Origin: Phoronis australis
Taxonomy: Eukaryota > Animalia > Phoronida
Reading direction: 5' to 3'
Assembly: GCA_002633005.1 (NCBI GenBank)
Contig: NMRA01000086.1
Location: 989,602-1,053,601, forward strand
DNA length: 64,000 nucleotides
Below are positions 1 to 12,700 of the stretch, in pieces; position 1 is the stretch's first letter; each line of letters begins with the position of its first letter. The position numbers were made by a program, and so were the translations under genes. The notes below the pieces were generated by a model. The model saw nothing but the letters and a program-made list of their open reading frames with translations, was not told the DNA's origin and ran no database searches.

Positions 1-743
1 AAACTCAGTCACGACATGGCGGATAGAGCGCGCGAGCTTTACCACTACACCACCACGATTTAACTACTAAGCTTGTGCTAAGAGACCTACATGTTTGCGG
101 TCCACAGCGTTTGCGCACGAAACCTACTTCTTGTTGTAATGCTTATTACACGTTTTATATTTTGTGCAATCGGTTGTTAACAAATTTGTTGTATTTAAAA
201 TAGTCTTCAAATGCCCAAAAAACCAAATCCGTTTTTCGTGTTGGCAATAAGGACGGGATTGCTTTGGAAATCGTCTTAAGTTAAGGTTTGACAAAGAGAG
301 AATTATGAGTTTCTGGGTGATTCACCAAGGCTTCGATTAAAATTCACATCTTACCAGCAATTTCTGTTTTTTCATCGTCACTCAGGTTCCATTTTCTTTA
401 AAAAATGAAGTAAATTTTCTTCATTGCACAGTGTAGCAGACGACGGAAACGGAGTCGTAGTGCGCAGCGCCATTGCCGGTCGCCTGGGATATCGCAAGAG
501 AGCTTATGCTTAGCCATAGTTCCGTTACGAATGCGCCGTGTTCCGAATATGACACTTAATTGGATCTGAGACCTCCCCCCAAACACTAAAACTGCACACA
601 CTTAAATCTTGTTTCATCCGTGTAATTTTAATTACCGGGGTTAATTAATAAACTAAACATTTCCCTACGCTCTTGCTGTTTTATTTTTTGCGGCAGCCAA
701 GAGGGGGGGCCTGGCCCCCTGGGCCCCCTTAAATCTGCCTATT
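1..743 (+). mobile_element. ~1-kb non-autonomous TIR element, copy 1 (cut by window start)
   Basis: Near-identical to ~2030-2765; ends ...ccccttaaatctgcctatt. Confidence 0.85.
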
Positions 744-1361
744 CATCTACTAGGTATGGACATGTTATCATTGTCCAGCACGTGGCGAGCGAATACGGTA
801 CAGAAAAGTATACAATTGTAGTATTAAAGGGTTTGATACATTTCATGTTTTTCTACCTATTTAAAAAATCCACTTTTTCAAGAAGTTTTGGAACTAGTGT
901 TTGATATATTTATTTTGTTAACGTGGGTAGGGAACAGGAGTTTTTTATGTTTGTACATGTATTGTGGTAAAAACACAAATTATCGTCGCTGCTATGTGTT
1001 GAATTTAGGTGAAGATGAACATCCGTACAACTTTTTTTGTTTGGAATTCAAAATTCTTCTTTGCCACTGATCAGACTTTGATCCTGAATTGTCGCCGACT
1101 GATCAAGCAGCTCAAGTTACAGACGAGGTAAACACTCCATCCTCTATTGTCTGGGTTGAGCTGCATGCCTACGCGGTAATACACAGTGTTTTTGGAAAAA
1201 CCAGTATTTATTAAATAAGCAACCAAGACGTTTACTTTTGAGCAATGGCTGCAGCTGTGAGGCCTAAGCACACCTGATGCACCGCAAAAGGCACCAGGTC
1301 ACCTGCCTATTTTTCAAAGAGGTCTGGAACGAGATAAACTTTGACTGAATTGCAATATCAT

Positions 1362-1503
1362 GTGCAGCGCAGCACTGAAATAAGTGAGAGGCTATAACCC
1401 CCAACCCCCTACGGTGCGCCGCCTATGCTGACCACAGGCGGCGCAGCGGTGAAATAAGTGGGAAGCTATAGCCCCCCCAGTCCCCTATTGTGCGCCGCCC
1501 ATG
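1362..1503. mobile_element. Two tandem ~70-bp mini-TIR elements
   Basis: Unit cacaggcggcgca...gaaataagtg...gctata...tgcgccgcccatg occurs twice; termini are inverted. Confidence 0.6.
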
Positions 1504-1744
1504 AAAATTGAAAGTGGTTGTCTGCCACTGAAACAGAGATCGACCTGCTCACCAGGTAATTTAGGCGATTGTTCGTATATGTTTTTAATCTCTTTTGAAA
1601 TCAAAGCATTTCCTTTTAGTTTCAAATTAAAAAAAACCGATCTGTCAAATGCTGGCCACTTCGTCGATTTTTCTCCCACAAGGCAAAGCACGTCTCCGCA
1701 TTTAGTATATATATATATATATAGAGCAAGATATAGGTGTAGCA

Positions 1745-2765
1745 CAGTGGCGGATCTAGGATATCACAAGGGGGGTCCAACATTTTGTCCGGCTGTAAAC
1801 ATTTGCGCACACTGAACCACGATTGTAGATGCGCATAGCACCGAATGGGGGAAGGTCGGGAGGGGGGCAAACCCCCCTCCCGTCCAGGAAATTTTTCTGT
1901 TTTTACCTCTAAAAATCAAGCATTTTCCTTGATTCCTGAAGTATTATCCAGGAAAAAAAGGCAAAAAAAAAATAAAAAAATAAAAACGGAGTACGTGTCC
2001 AACAGGAAAAACATCAAATACCAAAGACTCGAACTCACGACCTTGCGCATACCGCGCGCGTGCGATACCACTTCACCACCACGATTTAACTACTAATCTA
2101 TTAATAAGAGACCTACTTGTTTATGGTCCACAGCGTTTGCGCGCGAAACCTACTTCTTTTTGTAATGCTTATTACACGTTTTGTGCCATCAATTCTTAAA
2201 AAAATTGTCGTATTTAAAATAGTCTTCAAATGCCCAAAAGACCAAATCCGTTTTTCGTGTTGGCATTAATGACGGGATTGCTTTGGAAATCGTCTTAACA
2301 TAAGGTTTGACAAAGAGAGTATTGCGAGTTTCTGAGTGATTCACTAAGGCTTCGATTAACATTCACATCTTACCAGCAGCTTCTGTTTTTTCATCGTCAC
2401 TCAGGTTCCATTTTCTTTAAAAAATGAAGTAAATTGTCTTCATTGCACAGTGGAGCAGACGACGGAAACTGAGTCGTAGTGCGCAGCGCCACTGCCGGTC
2501 GCCTGGGATATCGCGGGAGAGCCTGTGCTTAGCCATAGTTCCGTTACGAATGCGCCGTGTTCCGAATTTGACACTTGAAATTGGATTTGAGCCCCCCAAC
2601 CCCCAACACTAAAACTGCACACATTTAAATCTTTTTTCATCCGTGTAATTTTAATTGCCGGGGTTAATTAATAAACTCAACATTTCCCTACGCTCTTACT
2701 GTTTTATTTTTTTTTGCGGCAGCCAAGGGGGGGGGGGGGCCCTGCCCCCCCTAAATCCGCCTATG
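1745..2765 (+). mobile_element. ~1-kb non-autonomous TIR element (hAT-like MITE), copy 2, full length
   Basis: TIRs CAGTGGCGGATCTAG / CTAAATCCGCCTATG; three copies in the window; no clear TSD. Confidence 0.85.
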
Positions 2766-3576
2766 CAGCATATTTCCCTGATATAAAAAAATGTGACTGA
2801 CCTCAAGAGACTTCAAGCAACTGACTGTGAGCGCATGCACGCATTTATCATAAGTGGAAGGGAGACTAGAAACCTTGTGGTAACTAAAGAATTTTTCCTT
2901 CGCGCGTATTTAAAAAATCAAGAATTCTGTGATTTTTTTCTGGACATTTTCTTACAAGGTAAAATGAATTACTGTGCTAGACTTTGCGAGATGGTACTTT
3001 CGTCAAGAATGGTTTAAATGATATCGTTGACGAGCTTTCGCATTCCAGGCCTCTTTAAGACCTTGACTTCAGACTCTCTAATGTTTACCAAATACAACAA
3101 CGATTCTCCAAATGAAACGTGCTGCTCATTAACTTAAAATACCGGCACTTAGTGATATTCCATCAGACCTCAAAATCAATACCAGTTCAAAGTTCACGAA
3201 GAACATCTAAGCTCGCAACTCAATAAAACATATATATATACATCCCATTAGACTTGATAGAAATATTTTGCTATTGAATGCATAATTTACAGTTTACAAA
3301 ATAATGTATTATTAAACTCAAGGTTATTTACAATGTTCAAAGTAATTTCACTGTGGATATATTTGAAAATATAACACTGAATTTGAAATCGGGTAGAAAT
3401 TCCGTGCGTTCACGATGGCACACGTAAGAATCCCAATCCAAATCCAAATAAAAATTAAAAGAAGCAGATTTTAAGCCGATTTATCCAAAAGTACATATGA
3501 TACTAAGGATTTTCTCACGGTGTTCGTCCTATTTCACTCCCCTTGTTGCAGCACAGTTCACAGGCACCATTTGCTG

Positions 3577-3795
3577 TTAGTGGCCAAGCGCTCCGATGCC
3601 ACATATGACCGTCAAAATGACGAAGAGACAGCACAGCACGCGGTCTATCACCTTAGCCATCATCTGCCATTCGCCGGACGGTTTCGACCCAGACTTCCCG
3701 GTGTTGCTCTCAATGTCATTTAAGGTGGCCTCTTCGCTTTGTCGCGCAGGCCTCCTCCCCTCTACGCAGCAAAACGTCGCCAACCCGAAAATCAA
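3577..3795 (-). CDS. nAChR-like exon 9 (short intracellular loop, M4, stop)
   Basis: tttcag|LIFGLATFCC...GEWQMMAKVIDRVLCCLFVILTVICGIGALGH*; EWxxxAxVIDR is the nAChR pre-M4 motif. Confidence 0.92.
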   Translation of the reverse strand: MIFGLATFCCVEGRRPARQSEEATLNDIESNTGKSGSKPSGEWQMMAKVIDRVLCCLFVILTVICGIGALGH

Positions 3796-6700
3796 CTGAA
3801 ATGTAAAGAAAATAGTAGAAAATGATGCAGCCTGATTATGTTCGATCAAGTTAGAAAGAACCATAGGAAGAGGTGAACATTGCATACGAAATAATTCAAC
3901 TTCCCCCCCGGCGTCTTCATTTAGATGAGGCCAAAGTCCGAGGCTTCTGTCAAAAAATAAGTTTTGATTTAGGCCACATTTCGCTAAAAATTGATTTTAT
4001 GTTTTTCCCCAATCTGTTCAGAAGTAATAGCTGGGATCGAAAAAACCGAAAATCCGTTATTTGTCAATATCAAGCTCACATTTGTCCCAAATTTTAAGAC
4101 CTTGATTTCTAGCATCGACGAACTTTCATTTTTATAGATTCCCTGAAACTGCCTCTTAGTAGACTAAGGACAATGTGAAGCCAATTTCATACTTGTTAGT
4201 GGCTTAAGTCAAAACTTATTTTTTGACAGAAAACAAGTGGTTAATCCTTCTGTAAGTGAACTGTTTTCCTCACCACGAATTGATATAACGGATCATCAGG
4301 TGACTCGTTTTTGACCGATGTGCTAGTTGCGCGTAAAGGGAGGCAGAGTGACCTAGTAAGATAAGTGTCCGCTTCCTTTATTCAAGGTCGTGGGTTTGAG
4401 TGCCACTGGGGCACACTGATAAACCTTTGAGTCAGATCTCTAGCTCTTCAGACCAGTTTTTGAGCCTAGAAATTGTTCCAGGTGATCAGTGCATAAATAT
4501 ATGCCTTCGTTACCAGTGGTCATTTAGTAACATCGTCGAAAGTCGGAAGTGAGATTCGTCCAGGAACGGTTGTATGATTGGGCTAAAGTGTGTTTAACAA
4601 GGAATAAACTACGGTAATCCTATACATTACAAGAGGGAGATTCAACGCCAATTAAATAATGCACAAATTGCTATACATTACGAATATTTTCGCAAATGGC
4701 AAAAATTACAAAAACAAAGTTTTGCCAGGAAAAAATATATGGAAAACGTGAGTCTCAGTCGGCAACCCATGGCCGACGGCCATTGAACTTATTGGGTCTA
4801 CTGCCGTTACTTTTGACTAGAAAAAATTATCAGGGAGACAAGGGAACACGCGTGCACCGGGGGGGGGGGGGGNCTACCAAAATTCGGCGAATGCACAATT
4901 CATTGCTCTGAATGTACCCAGTGAACCTTAGTAAAAGGTCTACATTCTCAAAAATTCGAGCCCCATTTTTAGCTGGGTGCGAGCGTGAGAAATCCTAAAA
5001 ATCACAAAAAATTTTTTAAAAAGATTTGCAAATCTTCCAGAGAAGCAATCAGATATTCTGCGACAGTGCCGGCGGGCCGGCTATACCGAACAATTGGACA
5101 TCGGATCTAATTCTTATTTCTAATTAAGAACGTTCTTAATTTATGAAAAATATCAAATTAGGGTTTTCTAAATTGAATTACGGCTCGTTCATTACCGCAG
5201 TAATCACGACTGTGTCTTTGGGCCCTTAGGCCAAGCATAAGTCTGGACTTCATATGTCATATTTTCGAGAATTTCCTTTTACACTTGTGCACGTACATGT
5301 ATCAACAGTATTCATTTTCTAAATTTCTTGGAAACTAGGAGCAAAGACTGCTTTGATCATTTTAGATTGAAAGAGCACATTTATTATACACTATATTTGC
5401 TTCCTGCTTGCTGCGGTTACAGTTTGCGTCAAGTTACGTCGAAACTTTCAGAAAAATTAAACTGAAATGCAACATTTTGGAAACTCCGAAATTCGTTGTT
5501 TCCTGAAATCTATAATATTTTTTCAAATTAAAACTCTTCTCAAATAACAGGCCGTTTGAGATTCCACATAGTATCTTATTATAAATAAGAATGAATTTTA
5601 GACTGATACCTGTCTCATTTTATCGGGAATCACGCTTGACAAAGATGAATTATACCACATGTTAAGCACCAGCACTGAACACGTGATCGAGATGCTAACC
5701 AATAACAGGTTGATTTCCACGAGTCTTCCTGAAAATATAAATGATTTTTGATATTTGCAAACATTCACCAAACACATGTATGGGAAGTAGTTGAACAGCA
5801 GAAACATCAAAACGATGTCAGATGGCAGGCATCTCTACAGCGCCGATCAATTACCACACGATCGATTCTTGGGTTCCTCGTTAAGTCATGTTTAGTCACG
5901 TGATTGTAAAAGTGATATTGATTGATAAAGTCGGCTGCAGGTTATAGAGACATTGTTCAGGCTTACCTGAAGTTTATCTGATAATGTAGTTACACTTGTA
6001 TCAATTATGAAAATTCAGATGCGAAACAGTGCCTTTTTCAGTGAATTTTGTAAACTTAAATGAGAAATGAGCATACAAAACAAGTAATAAATTAAGTAAA
6101 CAGACACTTGACGTCATTCCACTTTAAGGCACGTTGACTGGACTCCTGCTAATCAACACTTTATAGTTCCTTGTTTGTATTGTATATTTTTTGTTGAAAA
6201 ACATGTTTGTCTTATTAACATAGAGGCACGTGAAATGTTATTATTGGCACTTCGTGAAGTGGGCTTGCATATATTCAACTTCTCATGTTAACACTCCCCA
6301 TGCAAAAATAGACTGGAGTAGAGAGCTCTGTTTTGCACCGTTTTTGCTGAAATCGATAATCACTTTCACAATTTAAATAAATACTGATACAAAGACATGC
6401 TGAAATTTGCTATCCTTTTCTTAACTTGTATAAAAGAACTCTAAGCAAATGGGTCGTGTTAATCAAACTCTCACAATTCAACAGGCATTTACGAAAGTTT
6501 CGAAAAGTAGACACACGAACAAATAAAGAGTTGACCGTTTGAGTCGAATCAAACTTACAAAATGACGAAATCAAATTGGTGGTTAGTAGAAGGAATGCAA
6601 CCTCTTTACATCCGGAACATGAACATCGTGAATTTGAATGATTAACAATGCAAAGGTATTAATCCCAGACCGTTCATTTCCATAACTGACATTGGTTTCG

Positions 6701-9700
6701 AACATACAACAGTTGGCACCACCAGTGATTGGTATAAATGAAGCCAATATTTAACTTATGGTTGACTTCATTTGCTTATACGCCCAAGGGAGGATATTCT
6801 TTTCTATATGACTATGAAGAAGTTTGAGACTTCTTTACTATGACTGAGTACATCGGTTGTAAGTTGCATTTCAGGCGTTGAATAAGAATAAAGTTTACTG
6901 TAAAACAACGCTTACCGAGTTTCCCGGAAGTAGCGTTGTTCCTCAAAGCAGCCAGCATTATCAACACGCCAACACCTACAACAGATGGAAAGATTTGAAA
7001 GTATACGCGACAACCTGTTTCGGAGGGTAGCTACACAAATACTACTCCTCTCAGGGCTGATAAGAAATCTAAGATTCAAAAAAGTGTTCAGTTTCTGAGG
7101 GAGGAGTCATGAATCATACCCGGTGCTTACGAAGAAACGCACTTTTGCTACGCCTGCCAAAGTCGAGGGTATAGTAAATTATCATCTTTTATTCCCATCA
7201 ACCTTTCACTTAAATTGTTCAGACGAAGGGGTCCCCTGCCACTTGTAACGACCTGCCTTCAACTCGGGTGGGCCGTTTGATGCCAGAGACATGCCAGTCT
7301 ATAAATTTAGCAACCATTGTGTGGTGTTCAGGATATCTGCTCTTACGGAGATGTTGCATTGTACTGTTTTAAAAAATAAACCAAGCCACCCTAACAACAC
7401 GACTGCCGTACTCAAAAACGTAGTTCCTTCATTTATAAACACGGCTCACGTACTCCAATAACTCAGTTCCCCAAATGACAAACCTAACTCGCACGACCGC
7501 CAGGCACGTCTCACTAACCACTAAACACGGTGCCAGACTCACAAAACGCGGCTTATGCACCCCAAAAATCGTTTCCGGACTCAACAGAACAGCTCACTCT
7601 GTACCGTGTTTGTAGAGCAGTTTTCATTCGTAAAGAAATTATGTTTATCATGAGTTTGTCAGTCGTGTTGTTCGGGTGGCCTGCAAATAGCATGCCTTCC
7701 TTTGTCAGTCGAGTTGTTCGGGTAGCCTGTAAATAGTATGCCTTCCGTAGCGCGAAAGTTATATTGCGACATCCGCCATTTTGTATGAGCAAAGGTGTAT
7801 CAACTCGTCCTACGGATATTGTCGCTCGAACAACATGTGTCGAGAACGACAATATAAGTCACAAGAAGGCATCAATAAAAAGCGGTCACATAATTTTAAA
7901 TAACTCAAGGACAAAGCATTAGCTCACGAAACAAAATATATATTCATAAACCTCATCTGATAAGTATTAGGTTTGAAACAAATTCAAAGCAAAGTATTGT
8001 CACTTTTTAATAATAAACCTGAAGACGTATTTATCACAGGGAAACGATCTTGATTCCAGGAAATATCACCTACTGATACAACTGTTATCAGGGCATTTCC
8101 TGTACTCAGGTGTGACCTCCGTGGCGCTCAGCTATTCTAAAACCTCGTCAGAGTGCATTTCAGCTGGCTCATTCGTGTACATGTATGTACAGTATATCGT
8201 GGACTGCTCGTTTTTACAACTTTGTCAGTTCAGCTGAAAACTATGTGCACCTGTGCAAACGGTGCAGTGATATCTCAAACTACTGAACTAAGTCCTCTTG
8301 ACAATATGTTGCTAATCATCATTTAGCATTGTTTCGGGTTGGCAAATTTTGAATTTTTATATCCTTCTATGAAAAAAAATCCTTTCTAAAATCTTTCGCG
8401 TGACTTTTGGGAGTTACTTAAGCAGGCCCGTAGGAAAGTTAGCAATAATGCTGGCATAAAGTAATTCGACTTCACCAAACGTCTCCCCATGTGATCCTAA
8501 GTTTCTAGATTCTCGACCCTGTCGCCATTACTTCCGCCCCCAAACTTTAACTAGATCAGACCACCTTCAGACTAGAACGCGTTACGCGTACAGAACGCGT
8601 TACGCGTATAGGACGCGTTACGCATATAGGGTATGATTTTGACCGTAAGGTCGCCAAAAGATGGATTTCCCAACCAAAATCATTGTTTAGGTTTGCTTGT
8701 GCAAAAGTAATACGAGAAACACCCACTGAGGATTGCGAAATCAAAACGTGAAGTAGAATCACGAGCTCGAAATTAGGTAGACGCAACGTCGTCTCGCAGG
8801 TCACTGAAGCACAATTAATTTCATATAAGACAAGCCTCCACGATTGTCTAAAATCGTAAACAGTCGATTTTCATAAAGACATGAACATGAAGAAAAAAAA
8901 CCACGTAACCTTTGTTACGAGAAGAAAATAACCTTGACACCTTGGTCCGGCATATGGCAAACATTACTATATTTAAAGGCACACACGATGAGTTTTTTAG
9001 TTAACTGGAGGTTGTTATTTTTACAAGATATTTTTGAAACGGGTAATTCAATGTATATGTCATGCGCAAAGATACATGTACTGTACTTGGTGGGTCAGAG
9101 CAAGGGAAATCGAATTTTTTTCGGAATTATTTTCATGTTAGAGTGAATTGTAGTTCGTTCCAGTGAGTAGCCTGTTACTGCTTAATGCCCTTCAGAAATC
9201 TCTATTTACGATTGCCAGTACGTGTATTTTGAGCACCTCAATCCGTTCGAAATGTACGCTGCACACGAATCATAAAAGTACATGTATCCCCAACAATCTG
9301 GTTGACACGTGATAACGACCTTCAAAAAATATTTTTTGAATTCTTTGTAATGGGTGTAAATATTTTAACTGTTGTAAAACTACCATTTACAAGTAGCGGT
9401 TCCCAAGTTCTTCAAACTCTCATTCGTTCGATGGCGTTAAATGCTATCGTCCGAATGAGGGTTTCTTGATGTGAAAGGCTATATCATTGAACATCTGGAA
9501 AAGAGTCAGTTAATACCATCAAGAGGGGAAATTTCTTAACATAAAATTTAACACGATTTTAGAAAAAACAGGAAACGTGAGGAAATTGCTTCTATGGTTG
9601 AGACCCCCTCCATGAGCGGTCCTTAACAAAAAAGGATACAAATACTGAAAAGCAGGAAAATGTTTGCCATGTCGTATGCCATCAACGGGACCCCTTCAAC

Positions 9701-12700
9701 GGCTGGGATCTCTAAATACGAAAAAGAAAAAAATTCCAAATGACCATAAATTGGTGCCATCATCAACACTCCTCTCCTCTCAGTCTCCCAAATTACATTC
9801 ATCGCCAGAAAGGGTTCGCTGGAGAAATGCAAAAAATCTGGACCAGTTTGCTCTCGATAACCTGTGCATGGCAAGTTTTATCGGACATTTTTTGAAGCAC
9901 ACGTGTATGCATGTAACGATCCCCGTTTTAAATACAATTTTAAGTCAAAGAATGCAGTCAATGTTTACATTTACCTAAAGTCACCTTTTCCCTTGATTCT
10001 GGAGGCAGTAGGAACACCGTGGGGATCAAGAACACGAGGCAGGCCACAACGATAAGCTCTGAAACTGAACTGGCTTCTGGTTCTTTCGATTTCGATGCCT
10101 TCACCTTGTTTTTTCTCAGATGAAAATCGTACGTGATATCTTCGTACGGCTCAGGGCAGCATGAGTATCGAATCACATGTTTGGTGCCTTTAGCCTTTAA
10201 AACGGTCCAACCTGGATGGGCATTGAATTCCTCCATATCAACATGTGGAAGATTGTTGTAGTGAGAAAGCGTCACCTATTGGGAGAAGTTCAAACTGTTT
10301 GCAACCTATCGAACACTACTACCGTTTTCACTCCTTCAGGGCTCTACGGATGTTCTCACGAGTTGTATATCATTTCCCATCTACAGCAGTCACTTTCTTG
10401 CGAACAAATTTCTTCTCTCGTGAGTTACAATTCTCAAAAGGCAGGAGCAAACAGGAGCTTGGTACAGAATTGGTCATAAACAGCTGGTCATGAATGACAA
10501 CACTGTTTGAGTTGTTCTTTACAAGGATAGAATAGTGTTTACAAAAAATAGTTGTGCCGCGTGAGAAGAATATGCATATTGCGTTCATGAATAAAAATCA
10601 GTGCTGGTGAGTGAAAAAGCTCATGTCGTTCGTGAGGTAAAATGACTAACATTTCTAAAAACGCTTGACAAACATTTTTATAGAAATTTCCTACATAGGT
10701 ATTTTCGTTAATCAGGCAGTTGTGGTTTTGGTCAGAAATAGTTCCGTCATTCAGTCATATCACATTTTAACCCTAGGTTCAGTGTTATAGAATTAAACAA
10801 CGAACTTCATGATTTACCAAATTCCCGTTGTAGACCCACGATCCAAACTTCAAATGACATTTCTGATCATCTTTAACATTTCCTTGGTCATCCCTGTCAA
10901 TAGTACAGTGCGCGTGCAGCGAAACCCGTGGTAAGTACATGATTGAACCATCATGGCTGACTACCACCATTGTATTCATCACACCATGCTCTGGCTCGAT
11001 GCTAGGGCAAGATAAAGGAGGGTCATTACATCGTGTTAGACCAATCAGAACATTCGAAATGTAGGTCTATACCGGACACATTTTCCGCATATACGACCGG
11101 ACAGTACATTTGGGAATACCATAACTTTCCCTTACTTTCTTAAAGGCGAAGGCAAAACCTTTTTTCGAGTCAGTCAACATGCCACAGTGTTGCTGCGTTC
11201 CGGGATGTACTAATTATCGTCTCACGGATAGAGGAACAACCGTCCCACATGCCCGAGTGTCCCGCGACACACTCTCACAGACTAGTGACCTGAGCACACA
11301 GACTGGTTGCACCCTGCCGTGTGACTGCCTAGCCACACACCTGACACCTTCTTATTAGCTCCAATACTTTAGACATGCCCACAATAAACTTATCTAAGTT
11401 TGGCTCACCGATCTGTTCATTGAACAACGAACTGTCCTCTTTAGTGGGTGTCGAACGGGGCCTGTATTCACTCCCACTACTCAACATCGCAGCAGGGCTG
11501 CTTATAGGCTTTGGGCCATGATAAGTATAACCCGGTACGCAGCAACAGTGTGGCATGTTGACTTACTCGTAAACAAAAGCAAACGACGACCGAACTTATC
11601 AAAACCGAGGTAGATCAATGACTGACTCGGCAGCTCTCACAGGCAAACTATATGAAAAGAAATTGGCACGAAATTCTTGCCTCCCAAAACGTCACTTCCG
11701 GAGTAGAGATCGAATAATTAAGTAAATTACAAAAAGCCGTAATTAAGTGAAAAATATGTCTGGGATAATCAACGAACCTTATTTTTGCTAAAAATGACAC
11801 GATTGAGAAAGGTTGCCTTCGCCTTTAAGAAATGGACAGCAAAAGCGCAAACAAAGAAAAATTTCTACAACAAACTACATCCCATACGGATAATCATGCA
11901 TAAAAATGCTGTGTATTGATCCTCCTGGTTTCAGCTACAGTATTGATAAACCATAGCGTATATTGGGTATATTCGGTACTTCCAATCATACACCAGGGCT
12001 TATCTGCCAAAAACTACGGTAGTTTATGTCATCACGTCTTAATCTTGCGTCTGATCGATTTACATAGTCTGTTACTCTATAATAGAAATGTCGTCTTCCA
12101 ATTTGTCTTTCAGAGAGTTTCGATTTTCTTCGAAGATCTTCCATCTATTCCATGATTTAAATCAAAGGGCAGAATAGATCCGTGACGAAAGAATTATTCG
12201 ACAGAGAGACTAATTATTAAGTGCTAAACTTGTTTGAGTGCTCTTAATCAATTATTAAGTGAATGAACCAAATTCTCATGAAATAACCCAATAGCTAGAT
12301 TAAAATCGATTGTTGCTGCCGTCACCATTTTCTGAGCATAAATCAAACAGGCTGTCTGGCTCGATGCCAGAGGGTTTATACTGCAGCTTGACAAAAAGTT
12401 TCATCAGCCCACTTAAAGCTGCAGCTTTGTCCTGGCGTGTTTCAAGGAGCTAGCGTTTTCCAGAGATACCGGTAATAAAGTGTTGTCGGTTTTTATAAAG
12501 GCGTCACTAACTTTATTTTTGTTTATGCTCTATGTTTGATGCAAATAGTGCCAATGCTGTTGTCGTTTTAATCTGTCTTGATTTAATGTTCCCATCCATT
12601 CTAGCATACTGTAACTGTACCTGTTATACAACTTGATGTCAGGGAGCCAAACGTCGCTGTTGGGAACCATTAAGCTATCGATGTCGTCGTATTCGGAAAC

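Noticed and set aside
398-2640. ORFs 398-601, 2417-2599, 2440-2640 (and 63256-63438, 63780-63986) with similar translations
   Set aside because: They lie in copies of the same non-coding MITE; frames differ between copies and no domain is recognisable.
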